Positions 1 to 11,934 of a stretch of 64,000 nucleotides of DNA are shown piece after piece. The position numbers were made by a program, and so were the translations under genes. The DNA comes from Gordius albopunctatus. Taxonomy: Eukaryota. Each line of letters opens with the position of its first letter. Position 1 is the stretch's first letter. The stretch lies in NCBI GenBank assembly GCA_964276515.1, contig OZ193910.1:186001-250000 (forward strand), given 5' to 3'. The notes below the pieces were generated by a model, which was given only the letters and a program-made list of their open reading frames with translations, searched no databases and was not told the DNA's origin.

Positions 1-12
1 ATGAACACTTAC

Positions 13-3000
13 TTGGCCTTTGTAGAGCCAGGGGCTGCAAGTGTTGCCCTTTTCGGGCGGAGGATACGTCATGAGAAACATGTTAATCAGGTTGATCAGG
101 AGACTCGGGGCGCATTGGGATTGCTTGGCGTCAAATTTGATCCACTTCACGATGATCACGATGCCCAAGTAGCCGAAGAGGCAAAACAAGAAGAGAATTT
201 GAGGGATGAATTCGCAAATGATGTTCATCGGTTGACGAAAGTGCCTGCATGTACAGATACAAAATAAGTAAGGCAGCTCTTTATTGATCGAGGCAAAGGC
301 TTACACGTGGTTGAAGAAGGAGAGGGAGATGCCCAACATCATGTGAATGACGCCGATGATGATGGAAATCTTCATTTTGTAGCTGTTACTGAAGGTGATC
401 TTATTTTTAGACATTTGCCAAATCGGGTCGACACCGTACGGGTAGGGGTGGCCGGCGTAAATGCCGGGGTACGCGGGATCGAGACCGATGTGAGGCGTCT
501 CTCTCAAGTCTTGAGCCGTCAAATTATTCCCAGGTCTCCAGGATGAACCGAAGATGTTGATGGATTTCGAGAATATGTCGTTGTACAGGAGCCCGGTGTA
601 GATGCTGAACAGACCCATCATGAGAATGATGTAGCGGCCGCCGTAAAATATTCCAAACGTCTGGATAAGTAAGATCATCATTGCGACATATTATATGCTG
701 AGTGAGTATGTTGTTAGTAGAGAACCGCAAAGTCACTTCACGAACCGGACCCGCAGGCAGTTAAAAATCTTCAACCCGAACCCAATGGTGACCCGTGTCG
801 GTGTCTAGTTGTTAATATGGTAACATAATGAAAGATGAATACCTCATTCCTCGCAGCCCTAGCCAAAGAGCGTTCCTTGACGATCATATAAAGACCGACG
901 AGTGCCATCAATACACCGTGACCCGCATCCCCGAACATGACGGCGAAGAGGAAAGGAAACGTCACGATGGTGTACGGCGCTAAAATATATGCATCAACAT
1001 AGCGTCATCGTAACATAAAATAGGAGCACACGTCGTCGATACGACTTAGGCGTCCGTGTTAACAGATATGGGGAATATGCGCAGGCATCGCTGCAAGTTA
1101 GTAAAGTTACGATGGGTAGGTGGGGGTCATACCCGGGTTCACTTCCCTGTATTTGGCAGCCCCGTAAGCGTCTACGATGTTTTGGAAGCCGCTGGTGTAC
1201 TTGTTGACCCTATTGTAGGTGGGTGGAGTCGCGTTCCCATAATCCATACGATTAACTATGCACGGCACCGTGCTCCCGCTATTCTCCTACCCCGCCCGCA
1301 TAACAACAAACATCACAATTTCATGCAATAATATAGTAGTGTGGTAAAAGGGGTATTTGTTGCACCCTTGGTTTTAGTAGACTAAAGATAAATAGACCGT
1401 TTATGTCGACTAAAACCGAAGCTTTTACGACACTAGGAGAGAGAGAGAGTGCATACCTCCCCACGCCTCAGAGCCAATTGTATCTTGTCTAGGTCGGGCA
1501 GGGGGCACCATCCTTCGGCAATCAAACATTTTTGCGTCACGTCCAAGCTGAACATGTTGAGGGTGTGGTAGATCGCTTTGATTTTTCGCACTTTGATGTA
1601 CCAAATCTTGATATTCTTCGCCGCAGCCACCAACACCCTGTGTCTGTGCTCCTGCGTTTGACTCAAAACCTATCATGCATCAAAAAAAATTCTTTTTTTT
1701 TCAACATCAAAATTTTTCAAGTTTTTTCACATCACCTTTTAAATTATTATTTTGCCTGTTGGTCTTTTAAAAATGGATCCAATTAAGAGGTAGGGTAAAG
1801 CTGATTGCTACTAAATTCCAAAAAAGTCCAAATATAATTGCTCTTTATCATAAAACTTTAATTAATTTATTTTTTCAATTTTAGTGGGGGCACAAAAATG
1901 ATTTCTACAAACAACACCCAATTGATCCTTCATTCATTTAACATAAAAATTTTAATGAGAATATATATGAATGAGTACGGTGCTAAGATCTTCTATTCTA
2001 GTCATGACGCCCATCTCCATTTCTCGCCTCTCAGCAGCCGTTTCTGGACAGGGGTACAAGGTAGCACGAAATCTAAATTAAAAAATGATGGACTTTGCAA
2101 ATGTTAAAAACAAATTAAGTTTTGTTTGTGCAACTCACGCCTCACAAATTTTCTTGACCCTGGACTTGAGCTGATCTCCTTGAAAGAATATCATAAAGAC
2201 CGCCTTGTTCACCTTTTCCCCCTAAAAATGATGCAACAATCAGTTTCACGTGGAATCAATATGTACGTGGTAGATTAGGGAGCTCAACTTAGTTCCGTTT
2301 TGGGAGGAATACGAAATGAATATGATTCATCATTCTCAAGTGGGGAGGGAGATTAAGCATGTGTGTCTAGTGTTTTCTTACCGTGATAGCATCTTCCAAG
2401 GGAATGTCAATGTCAGAACGACGTAAAAATATGTTGCCACGACAAGCCCTCCACAATAGGCGTTCAAAGGCTGGAAATCTTTCTCTTAAAAGCACTCCTG
2501 CCACAAAGCTATCAATTAATTCAAAAATGAGATATATAAACTAATTTCACATTCATGCATGTAAAACGTGAGTATTGTAAAGTCATGCAAGCAAACAATA
2601 TAAGTGTGTTAGAAATTACACATGTGTATTTGAGGAGAAAGGATGTTTATAATAGCGCGAGTGTTGATATAATTAGTGTGTTCCATGAGCATTAACATAT
2701 TTAAGTTTTTACAACAATTTAATATATTTGAGAGAGGGGGGGGCATAGTGAATAAAACATCGGAATGAAGAGGGCGGAGGGTTAGTGCATCCATTGTTAG
2801 ATAAATAAAAATAATGAAACCCCAAATCTCTAGTAACAAAAGCCCCAATTTCTGCAGGAGCTCCATGTGGTCTTACAACAGCAGGCCCATTACTGGGTCT
2901 CTTTTGCAGACTCAAAGCTTGAGCAGCTGTCATTCTCCTCAGCGCTTTGAAACCTGCTGCCACTTTTGCATCTTCTGCCTCCGTATCAGTGTCTGTCATG

Positions 3001-4540
3001 ATATTCCCAGAAGATCTTCTCCTAGAATCTCCTTCACTCAGAGGATCATCAAATTGAGGTGACAAATTAATTGGCTAGCAAACATGTTTATAATAACTAT
3101 CAACATGCTATTTATATGATAAACAACTGCATTTATATTAATAATGATAGGCATGAGATAGTACAGAGTGGTTAATTACAAATTTTAGAAAGGATGGTAT
3201 TTATGCTGAGCAGAGTAAGATTATTAATAGTTTGGTTAGTAGATATTAGTGAAATCAGAAACAATCATGCACGTGCAAATGAGATAATTAATGGATTAGG
3301 AACAAAGATATTAATATAATATGTGTGTGTATTACCCTAATTTTAAAGCAGCATTAGTGCCAGCAGAGAAATCAATGGTTACACCACTTGTGGTTCCTGA
3401 AAAAGAAGCCCTCAAATCTGGGGTACCTTGAAAACCTCGCAAATTAGGCAACAAGCTTTTAGCTTCATCTACCCTGCCACTTGGAGGTTCATTCATCTGC
3501 ATTTCAAATAAGTTGATTGAGTTGTTATGAGGATTAAACAGATATTGCCAGGCACGTTGCCATATTGATTGTGATTTATATGAAAAGTGTTGATTATTGC
3601 CATTATTTGAAAGCAATTCGGTATTTTCATCAACAATTAATACGTCAGGATCATCATCATTGTGGTTGGTGTGATAATTATAATTTTTAACAATTTTCAT
3701 TTGTTGTTTGATTGTTTGTTGTGGATTTGTTTGAAGAAGTGACTTTATTGTTTGACAGACCACATATCAGTAGTTTTTTAGTTTTGATTGGATGAGATTA
3801 AGTATTAATGAAAAAATTAATATTAAGAAATTTTTACATAATTTTAATAAGATGTAAATGCATAAAACTCAATTACCAGCAATGGTTAGTGTTGTCCCAG
3901 TAGCAAATCATTGTTTGAAGCAGTAAATAGAGAATGATTAATAAAAGGAAAAATTAGTTTAGGTAAGCTACTTTAATTAAGGTATTAACTATAAATAGCT
4001 ATGCTGAAAAAGCAAATATTTTATGATTTTAATATTACTTCATCAAAAAACACATGGGTTTTTCTTAAAATTTGCTTGAGTTCCGTAAGTTCTAAATAGT
4101 TTTTCTTTAAAGCTTCAGCATTTGTGTTAACTTCTTTCATTTCAACCTCTAATTTTTCCAAAGTTGACTAAAAAAAGAATTTTAATAAAAACAATGAATT
4201 TAAACCTCTATATCAATCATTTCCCTGGGCAAAGGAGCCGGTGGATTGTCACCTGTATCTAACATTGGAATCCCATCTTTCTGAACTTCCTTTTGTAGAA
4301 ACCTTAATTTACGTTCCATTTCATCACATCTTCGAACTTCATTTGTAAATTTACGTTGAAAGGCATTAACTTCAGGATTTAACTACAATAAACTATGAAA
4401 AAGTCAGCAATAAAACAAGATACATCTCTAAATTGAACTAATCCCAACTCTCCCAATTCTGATACGCATGTGTATGCAGATTCCGCTTGTAAAAAGAACT
4501 GACATAATGTCATTTCTTCACTTCTAAAAAGACTTCCCAT
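13..4540 (-). CDS. ATP6V0A: V-type H+-ATPase V0 subunit a (116 kDa; unc-32/Vha100-like), 5' part; gene continues beyond the left edge
   Basis: Hand-spliced GT-AG exons (minus): 4540-4424, 4382-4206, 4167-4039, [3496-3336 or 3074-2821], 2508-2382, 2221-2139, 2072-1979, 1669-1457, 1286-1133, 979-843, 660-305, 244-13. Phases are consistent. The translation has family hallmarks: [98 protein letters not shown]. Confidence 0.97.
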
Positions 4541-4990
4541 CTTTTGTATTTTTTAACTTAACATAAGGTATTAAACTAATGACTAAATAAGGTCATATAT
4601 TTAATTATACATCAACTAGGAAAACTTAAAAATAAAAATTATACATATTACGATTTATAATATGAAATTAAGTAAATAATAATACATATATTCAAAAGAC
4701 GGAAGTTTGGATATAAAATCCTCCCGCGGAAAAAATTATAAATTAATGTTATGCGTTGTAGAATTGAAAAAAATAGCAGCGTAATCCTCAATCTCACTTA
4801 TTTTCCCAAATAAATGAAACTCGTTTAAAAAAAATTGTGATGATGAGTTGCTAAATAAAATTATAATAATTTAATTAAATTTGAGAAAAATTAAACTTCT
4901 AATGAGATATCAAATACCTGAAGAGTACTTAATCACTTTTCGCTATCTTTGATCATTAGATGTGTAAATAGTATAGATTCCACGAATCTA

Positions 4991-5254
4991 GTGCAAAATG
5001 TAATATGTGCAAAATCTAATAATGTAATATTCGCATTTTAGAAATTGAGACTGGTTTTCACGCATATTCATACGCATGTAATATGTACTAAAAAACTACG
5101 TAATAAAAGGATACTATAATTGTTAATTGAAACAAAATAAGTTATATCAAAATGTATAATATTATTTAATATATAAATACATATTATCAAATAAATCACT
5201 AAATCTAACCCTAAACCTTGCCTATATTAGATTTTGCACATATTACACTTTTCA
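4991..5254. mobile_element. Small MITE-like element
   Basis: About 30-bp imperfect terminal inverted repeats gtgcaaaatgtaatatgtgcaaaatctaata / tattagattttgcacatattacacttttcac, with an AT-rich non-coding interior. Confidence 0.55.
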
Positions 5255-5615
5255 CAGAAGTGGATTCCACACCATTATTTTTTAAATTTACTTGATAACA
5301 CTTGTCAATAAATAATGGACTTTTGAAATCAGCCGGCGAATTGTATGCAGATTCTTGTAGAGTTTCTACGGGGAACACAAATATATTTTTGTTTTTTTTC
5401 TATACGTCAAGTTTTTAAAATATTTGCTGTCAAAGTTCCTAAAAACAGCGATTTTGGAGTTTTTCAAAAGTCAATAACTTGCAAATTAATTGCGAAAATT
5501 TTAGTTTAATAAATTTGATTTATATAAATAACGGGGAGAGGATTCCATTAAAATAATTTTTTTACCCAGACTCTATTAATTTTTTATATAAAAAATTAAC
5601 TTTCTTTCTATCTTT

Positions 5616-6389
5616 TAGTGATGCGGAAAACCCGAGAAAAATCTCGGTCTCATTTCGGAGAATTTGAAAAATTAAGTCGAGATCGAGACGAGAGTTTTGC
5701 TGTCGAGACGAGACGATACGAGATTTTTTCGGCGAGATCTCGACCTTTTATTGATCGCTAGATTTTAGGAAATTATTGAGTATTTTTAATTTCATGATTC
5801 ACATTTAAGGTATTAGGTTTAATCAATATATATGGAATATATTTGATATTAAAAATTCCTAAGTGTAGTAAATATATATTTTTGCAAAAGACTTTATATT
5901 TGGCAATCATTTATCTAAGTATGGTTGGCCCTTAGGGTATGTGAATAATTTTATAATATCATTATCACATATTTGTATCAATAACATTATTAAATATTAC
6001 AAAATTTTAGGCTTAGAATGAGTTTTGATGGAATAGAATGTTATTAAAGCATGCGCACTTTAATTAAAAGTTTAAAACCTCATGTTTTTAATTTTAGAAT
6101 AATGCTGCTTTTACTGTTGTTTTTACAACATTTTAATATATGCAACTAGTTAATGATTCTGTAAATAACAATATTATCATTAAAGGTCACTCGAACTTTG
6201 TGGTTTAAAACGCAATAGTAAACATGCAATAAACACTATGGGCTATAATTGATGATGGTAATATCAATGGACTTAAACGTTTGCCTTCAATATGTTAAGT
6301 AGTGTTACGATCTCGTCTCGTCTCGGTCTCGAAAACAAAATCTCGTCTCGGCAGCGATTATGAAAATCTCGATCTCGTCTCGTCTCGAC
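5616..6389. mobile_element. Non-autonomous DNA transposon with GAGAC/GTCTC subterminal arrays
   Basis: A left (cgaga)n array at about 5630-5745 and an inverted (tctcg)n array at about 6310-6389. The interior is repeated in inverted orientation at about 6808-7679. Confidence 0.65.
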
Positions 6390-6698
6390 TTTTTTAAAAA
6401 AATATATACGGAATAAAAATTTCTCCTGTTTTATTAAAAATATTAAATAAGTTTTAAAAATTAAAATGGCAAATTTTTATATTTTTTGATAAACTTTAAT
6501 ACACAAACTTTTTAAAGATTTAGCGGGACACGACATCTCATTGTCAATATAAAGATATGAATTCATTCAAAAAAATAACATTTTCTATGGAAAGTGCAGA
6601 CTAAAAAACTATAAATAAATTTGAAGTATAGAAAAATAAATTTTATTTTTCTAGCAAATTATAACGTTTGTATCAAATCACCGTGTTTGTCAACTATA

Positions 6699-7797
6699 TA
6701 GACTTAGAGAATAATAATTTCAGTTATAGTTGACTTAGTTGCACAATTTAGCAAATTGAGACCCTTTATTAACCCTGGCTAAAGCTTCAAAGCAGACCTT
6801 AACCTATTTAAGGCAAACATTTAAGTCCATTAGTACCATTATTAATTATAGCCCATAGTGTTTATTGCATGTTTACTATGGCGTTATAAACCACAATGTG
6901 CGAGTGACTTTTAATGATAATATTATAAATTACAGAATTCGTAACTAGATGCACATATAAAAACGGGTAGAAACAACAATAAAAGCATCATTATTATAGG
7001 ATTAGGAATATGAGGTTTTAAACTCTAAATTGCACGTATTTAAATTTATGACAAAAATCATTAAAATCAAATTTATATTCCAAATAATTATCTTCCAATT
7101 CTAACTAACTTTGACATTAAATAGTTATTTATCGAATATATTTGAAGCATAAAACTTCTAGAAGACTCATGCTTTAGATTTAATCTATCGCGGTGTCATT
7201 AAATAATCTATTCTACTTTTGAAATCGTTAAGCGGGTGCTAAAAAATCTCGAGCCACCTTAGGTTAACTAGTTTAATTATTCAAACTGATTGACCACCAA
7301 TTTATAATTACCGCATTATGCAGGATGAATAACTGCGAAATATTTACTATTCAATCAGAACTAATTCTAAGCCTATAATTTTGTAATATTTAATAATGCT
7401 ATGGATTTAAATATGTGATAAAGATATTATAAAATTATTCACATACCCTAAGGGTCAACCATACTTAGGTAAATCCTGCAAAAAATATAATATTTACAGG
7501 AATTTTTTTAATGTCAAATATATTCCATACGTATTAATTTAAACTTAATACCTTAAATGTAAATCATGCAAATTAAAATACACAATAATTTACTAAAATA
7601 TAACGATCAATAAAAAGTCGAGATCTCGCCTAAAATCTCGTCTCGTCTCGACATCAAAATTCTCGTCTCGATCTCGACTCCATCTATTTTTCTCGGTATG
7701 TTAAGGTCTACTTCAAAGTTTTAGCCAGGGTTAATAAAGAGTCTCAATTTGCTCAATTATGCAACTAAGATAGCGATCCTATAATTTTCTAAGTCTA
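6699..7797. mobile_element. MITE with about 100-bp TIRs enclosing an inverted copy of the neighbouring GAGAC element
   Basis: 6699-6803 (tagacttaga...ttaaccctggctaaagcttcaaagcagaccttaac) is the imperfect reverse complement of 7700-7797 (gttaaggtctacttcaaagttttagccagggttaa...tctaagtcta). Confidence 0.65.
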
Positions 7798-7826
7798 TTT
7801 AGTTAACTGTAGAGAGGTAAGGGGGA

Positions 7827-8248
7827 GTTCGTGATGAGGCGCGAAGCGAAAAAAAGCAAAGTGAAGTTTTGAGCTAATTTATCAAAATATTCATTATTTT
7901 TATTAATATCTTTATATTCATCGTGAAATTTATCATCTATTAATGGTATTTATTGATAAGATCGTAATTATTCTATAAAGATATAAAATTTTATAAAAAT
8001 ACACACATTACCAAATTCAATTATTTAAGCATAGTGCGAAAAGTACAAAATGATTTGTATCTTATTTTCGTTCGCTTTTTGCCCTGCGGTTTCACCAAGA
8101 ACGCCTCCTAGTTACAATTGTTATTTTCGTGATATGTATGATAAATTTTACGATTAATATAAAGATATTAAGAAAAAAGAATAAATAGTTTGATAAATTA
8201 GCTCAAAACTTCATTCCGCTTTTTTCCGCTTCGCGCGTCATCACGAAC
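7827..8248. mobile_element. MITE with about 110-bp terminal inverted repeats
   Basis: gttcgtgatgaggcgcgaagcg...gaagttttgagctaatttatcaaa at the left mirrors tttgataaattagctcaaaacttc...cgcttcgcgcgtcatcacgaac at the right. Confidence 0.75.
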
Positions 8249-9879
8249 GTTGGGTAATAGGAGAGCGAAATGCCTCCGGGGGGATACGTTATTTACCGAT
8301 GTGTTGTGAATCAAATTATCGTTAATTGCTTGTAACTTATGTTGGTTATACACGTTTTAATCACTTTCTATTATCGTATCCCTTCGCAACCTGTAGTAAA
8401 TAAGGGTTCCCAGTCCCAACAACGGTGTCGTGAAACCTACGCGGAAATGCAGAAATATAAAGGGCCTAAGCTGGGGCTAGAATTTAAAATTATTCATACT
8501 CGTGGCTAATTAAGTCTTAGGGGCTCGTGCATATTTCTACTTCACACCAAAGCTTAAACATTGAAAGCTTTTTGCAAATTGCGTCCTTGGAAGGAAGGAA
8601 GTCCGCTAGCGCAATAGGGTCCCCAAATTTAAATAATAATATGAATGTAGATGCGTTTTCTAAGTAAAAACATAATACCATAGATTTAATTAATGCATTT
8701 TTTATCAAACACCTATGATATTGGATTCAGTTCTTAATTCAAAATATTTTGACACAAAATAGGCCCCCCCCCACGCCGTTTATAATTAATTGCTATGCAA
8801 TTTATGACCTACCTAATAAGTTTTTGTTTAATTTTTATCAAAATTTGTGAAAGCCCCCGCCCCGCCCCCATTAGGCAAGCTTGCCTATGCCAAGGATTAA
8901 GCTTCAGTTTTAGGTCAAATTTATAATAACAATAAAAATAAGCTTCAACAGTTACGCATTTCACCGATAAATTCTTTGCTAAAACTAAAACATTAGTCCC
9001 GTTCGTTCTCTTTTTAACAAAACTTAAATTTCCATACAAATATTACAGTAACACATGGCATATTGTAATAGATAAAAGCATATGAATTACGCTTTGAGGG
9101 AAACTCGTTTTATTTTTGAATGAATCATCAGGTTGGAGGGTCCGTGAATAATCAGGCACGGATTTACCGAGCCAAAGATTTATTTTTAATGGCTAAAGAT
9201 GGAGAAAGAATTGCTGATTAATTCATATTGTTTAACACCTCTTTCATTGACGACAAAGTGTAGCCCGTGATTATAATTTTGGTGATCATTTAATTTAGCA
9301 GCTATTCCTTTATACCTTGCATTCCAGTTTAAAATGTGAGCATGTGAAAGAGGTAGATGGCGGGCGGCGGGGGGGGGGGCAAGCTTTCAATTTATTTGAT
9401 TACTTTTCACATATTAAATAAACCATTTCAAATTTGTTTTTAAATCTCAAAACGTCTTTTGCTTATTAATAATAGGCAATTAAAAAGGCCCTAAATTGTT
9501 GAGCCAATCCTTAAAATTAAACAATGACAAAAAACCTGTAAAGGAGCAATATGTTTTGTAAGCATTGCGCCGACGGTAGCGTGTGAAGAAAGTAAACTTT
9601 AAGTCGAGGAGATGCTTTTGATGCACTTCTAGCAACTAGGTGATTTTTATTTCGCTATTAAAGAGATGAGATGCTTGCCTTAAGTTCCAAGAATTTTGCT
9701 CTATTTAAAATGTAATGATCTCCAACTTTTAAGTGTATTTGTCCCCTTTTAAAATCACATTTATTTGTTAAACTAATATAAGTGTTTTGAGACAAGGCTC
9801 AATCAAACCTATTTATTAGCATCTTCTATTATACATTAGTGAGTCATATAAGGTTACAATAAGTTACAGGCAGTGGCAT

Positions 9880-10623
9880 TAGAGCCCTGCGGTCGGGTCG
9901 GGTTCGGGTTGAAGATTTTTAAACTCGGGCCGGGTCGGGTTAAAGGTTATAAATCTTATATTGAATAATAGACATATCGTTTAAATTAATGCCATTATAT
10001 ATAATATTATATAATTAATATTGAAACATGGGATTAATTTATCTTTTAAGTTAGATCTGAATTTTGGATTTGCGCAATTTAAAAGTCAGAGAGGTAGAAT
10101 ATCTTCATAGATTCTATAAATTATAAAAAACATATAACTAATATCGCAAAACTTATTAACGATTTTGTAAACTCTCATTTTTCTTTTTTAAATATTGATG
10201 CCTCAACTAGCTTTAGGTCTAATATACATTAGAATAAAATAAAATTATCATGAGTATTTATTAAACGAATGATTAAAATGTATAAAAAACATGATAAAAA
10301 AATGAGAGTTTCTCATTTTAATTTAGCAAAAGTTTAAGAATATCTGCATCTTTATGGTGCCTACTGAAGATAATGAATGGCTTGATAAGTGGGATACTTT
10401 GGGTGAAATGTACTAGAAAACTTTTCCGAATTAGAATCTACCCTTTTCTAATGCTCTCATTGTTGTTTTTTTATAGAGATAACATTTTGTTGCCATTCAA
10501 ACTATCTAAATCAATTTTACACCAATCACTTTTTTTACTTTCGGGTCGGGTCGGGTTAGACTTAAAACGCTTTTGGTCCGGGTCGGGTTCGGGTTGAAAA
10601 AAAAGTGACTTTGCAGGGCTCTA
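9880..10623. mobile_element. hAT-type MITE (TAGAGCCCTGC termini, cgggt subterminal repeats)
   Basis: Perfect 11-bp TIR tagagccctgc/gcagggctcta and an exact 8-bp TSD agtggcat (9872-9879, 10624-10631); 8-bp TSDs are typical of hAT. It is inserted into the cagtggcatagctagggg terminus of another small element. Related pieces lie at about 740-785, 13897-14014, 46490-46561 and 51390-55588. Confidence 0.85.
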
Positions 10624-11325
10624 AGTGGCATAGCTAGGGGGAGCCAAGGGTACCAAGGCGTCCCCCAATAGCAAAATCTTAGTCTCTTCGACCCTCGCCC
10701 CCCAAGGGAAAAATCCTGGCCCCTTTACTTGTCCCAAGCAATCATTTTATATATCGTAATTAAATTAATTACAGTTATTTTTATTAGGTAAATCTCTTAC
10801 TTGAGCTAAGTGACTTATTTATATTAAATTTCTCCTCTGTTATTCATTAACAAGCAATGTAAAAGGTGGACAATTATAACTTAACCTTTGTAAAAAATTG
10901 AGCGGCAGGTTGTATCATTTATTATATTTATAAGTCCGGAGACGGGCGAGCGTTTATATTTGTAAGGGGCGGGATGGCTGACCTAAAAAGGCCCGTTGTA
11001 GATCTCTAGTTTCGCATGTTCATTTGTAAGTGGAAGTTAAACGAAAGTGGGAATATTTAAGATTTTGCGACATAATATTGATGTGGACTTAAAAGGGTAC
11101 GGAGGGGGGCAATAATGAATGAATCTTTTTTTAAATTTTACCCATAATTATAACAAATTTCAACAAATTTTTGGATTTAGAGAGGGCAGTCGCTCCTTCC
11201 TGCCCATCCCCCCCCCCCCCCCATTAGCTACCTGTCACTTGTAATTTACCTCCTCACCTCTCTTTTTCCTCTCTTTCCTCTTCTTTTTCTCTTTTTTTCT
11301 CTTTTTTTTCTCTTTTTTCTCTTAA

Positions 11326-11362
11326 TTATTGACAATGGTTGCTGGACGACCGAAATATCTAA
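11326..11362 (+). ncRNA. Candidate minimal type I hammerhead ribozyme (Penelope-like-element style, U3-A8 variant)
   Basis: tta-TTGACAA-t-ggttg(ctgga)cgacc-GAAA-ta-TC-taa. This gives a 3-bp stem I, a core with U3/A8 in place of C3/G8, a 5-bp stem II, GAAA, a palindromic minimal stem III and an AUC cleavage triplet. Confidence 0.5.
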
Positions 11363-11934
11363 ACCCATCTCCACCACCGCAACCCTCTCATTTTATCAAT
11401 CCCAGCTTACCATTGTTTCAAACAAATTCGATATTAAATATATTAGTGTTCTACGCAAAAAACTCTACCAAAATCTGCAATAAGTTTGCCCTCTGATTTT
11501 TCTTGATGAACCATATAATTAAAAGGGCTATTTATTTTAAACCGCAAAATAAAAGCTTTTAACCTAGTCAAAAAAATTCAAAGATGATTTCTCGTTGCTA
11601 GATAATTTAAAATTTTAACTAATCATTTTTCAAAGATTTTATGGATTTTATCACTCAATTTTATAAATTAATTTTATTGTATTTAAGATAATTAGATTTT
11701 GAATTCAAATGTGTTTAAAATACATATTTTTTTTGAGGGGCAAAACAAAAATAGAACTTCTCGTGAAAAGCAATTTGCATGGCTGTACATTTGCTTAAGC
11801 AGGTGTTGGTATTAGAAATCTTAGAACCGAATATATTAAATGCTATCGAGTTGCTAAAGTTTTTTTCCCATAAAAAGTTTATTAATATATGGCTAATTAT
11901 AATACGGTAAGATGTGATACAAATTTAGTATAAT

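Noticed and set aside
1133..1170. Apparent frameshift in the V-ATPase YG..YREVNP exon
   Set aside because: Recounting the G-run gives TAC GGG GCT GCC AAA TAC; the frame is intact.
1..1786. Plus-strand ORFs (1-267, 307-546, 1056-1331, 1532-1786)
   Set aside because: These are antisense shadows of GC-rich V-ATPase exons.
5630..7679. Short repeated gagac/gtctc units as a CRISPR-like array
   Set aside because: The units are 5-mers in inverted subterminal clusters with no regular repeat-spacer period and no cas genes; the context is eukaryotic transposon DNA.
8255..8510. GC-richer island with a gggatacg/cgtatccc stem as a possible ncRNA
   Set aside because: A single short stem with no recognisable RNA family motif; more likely an unclassified repeat fragment.
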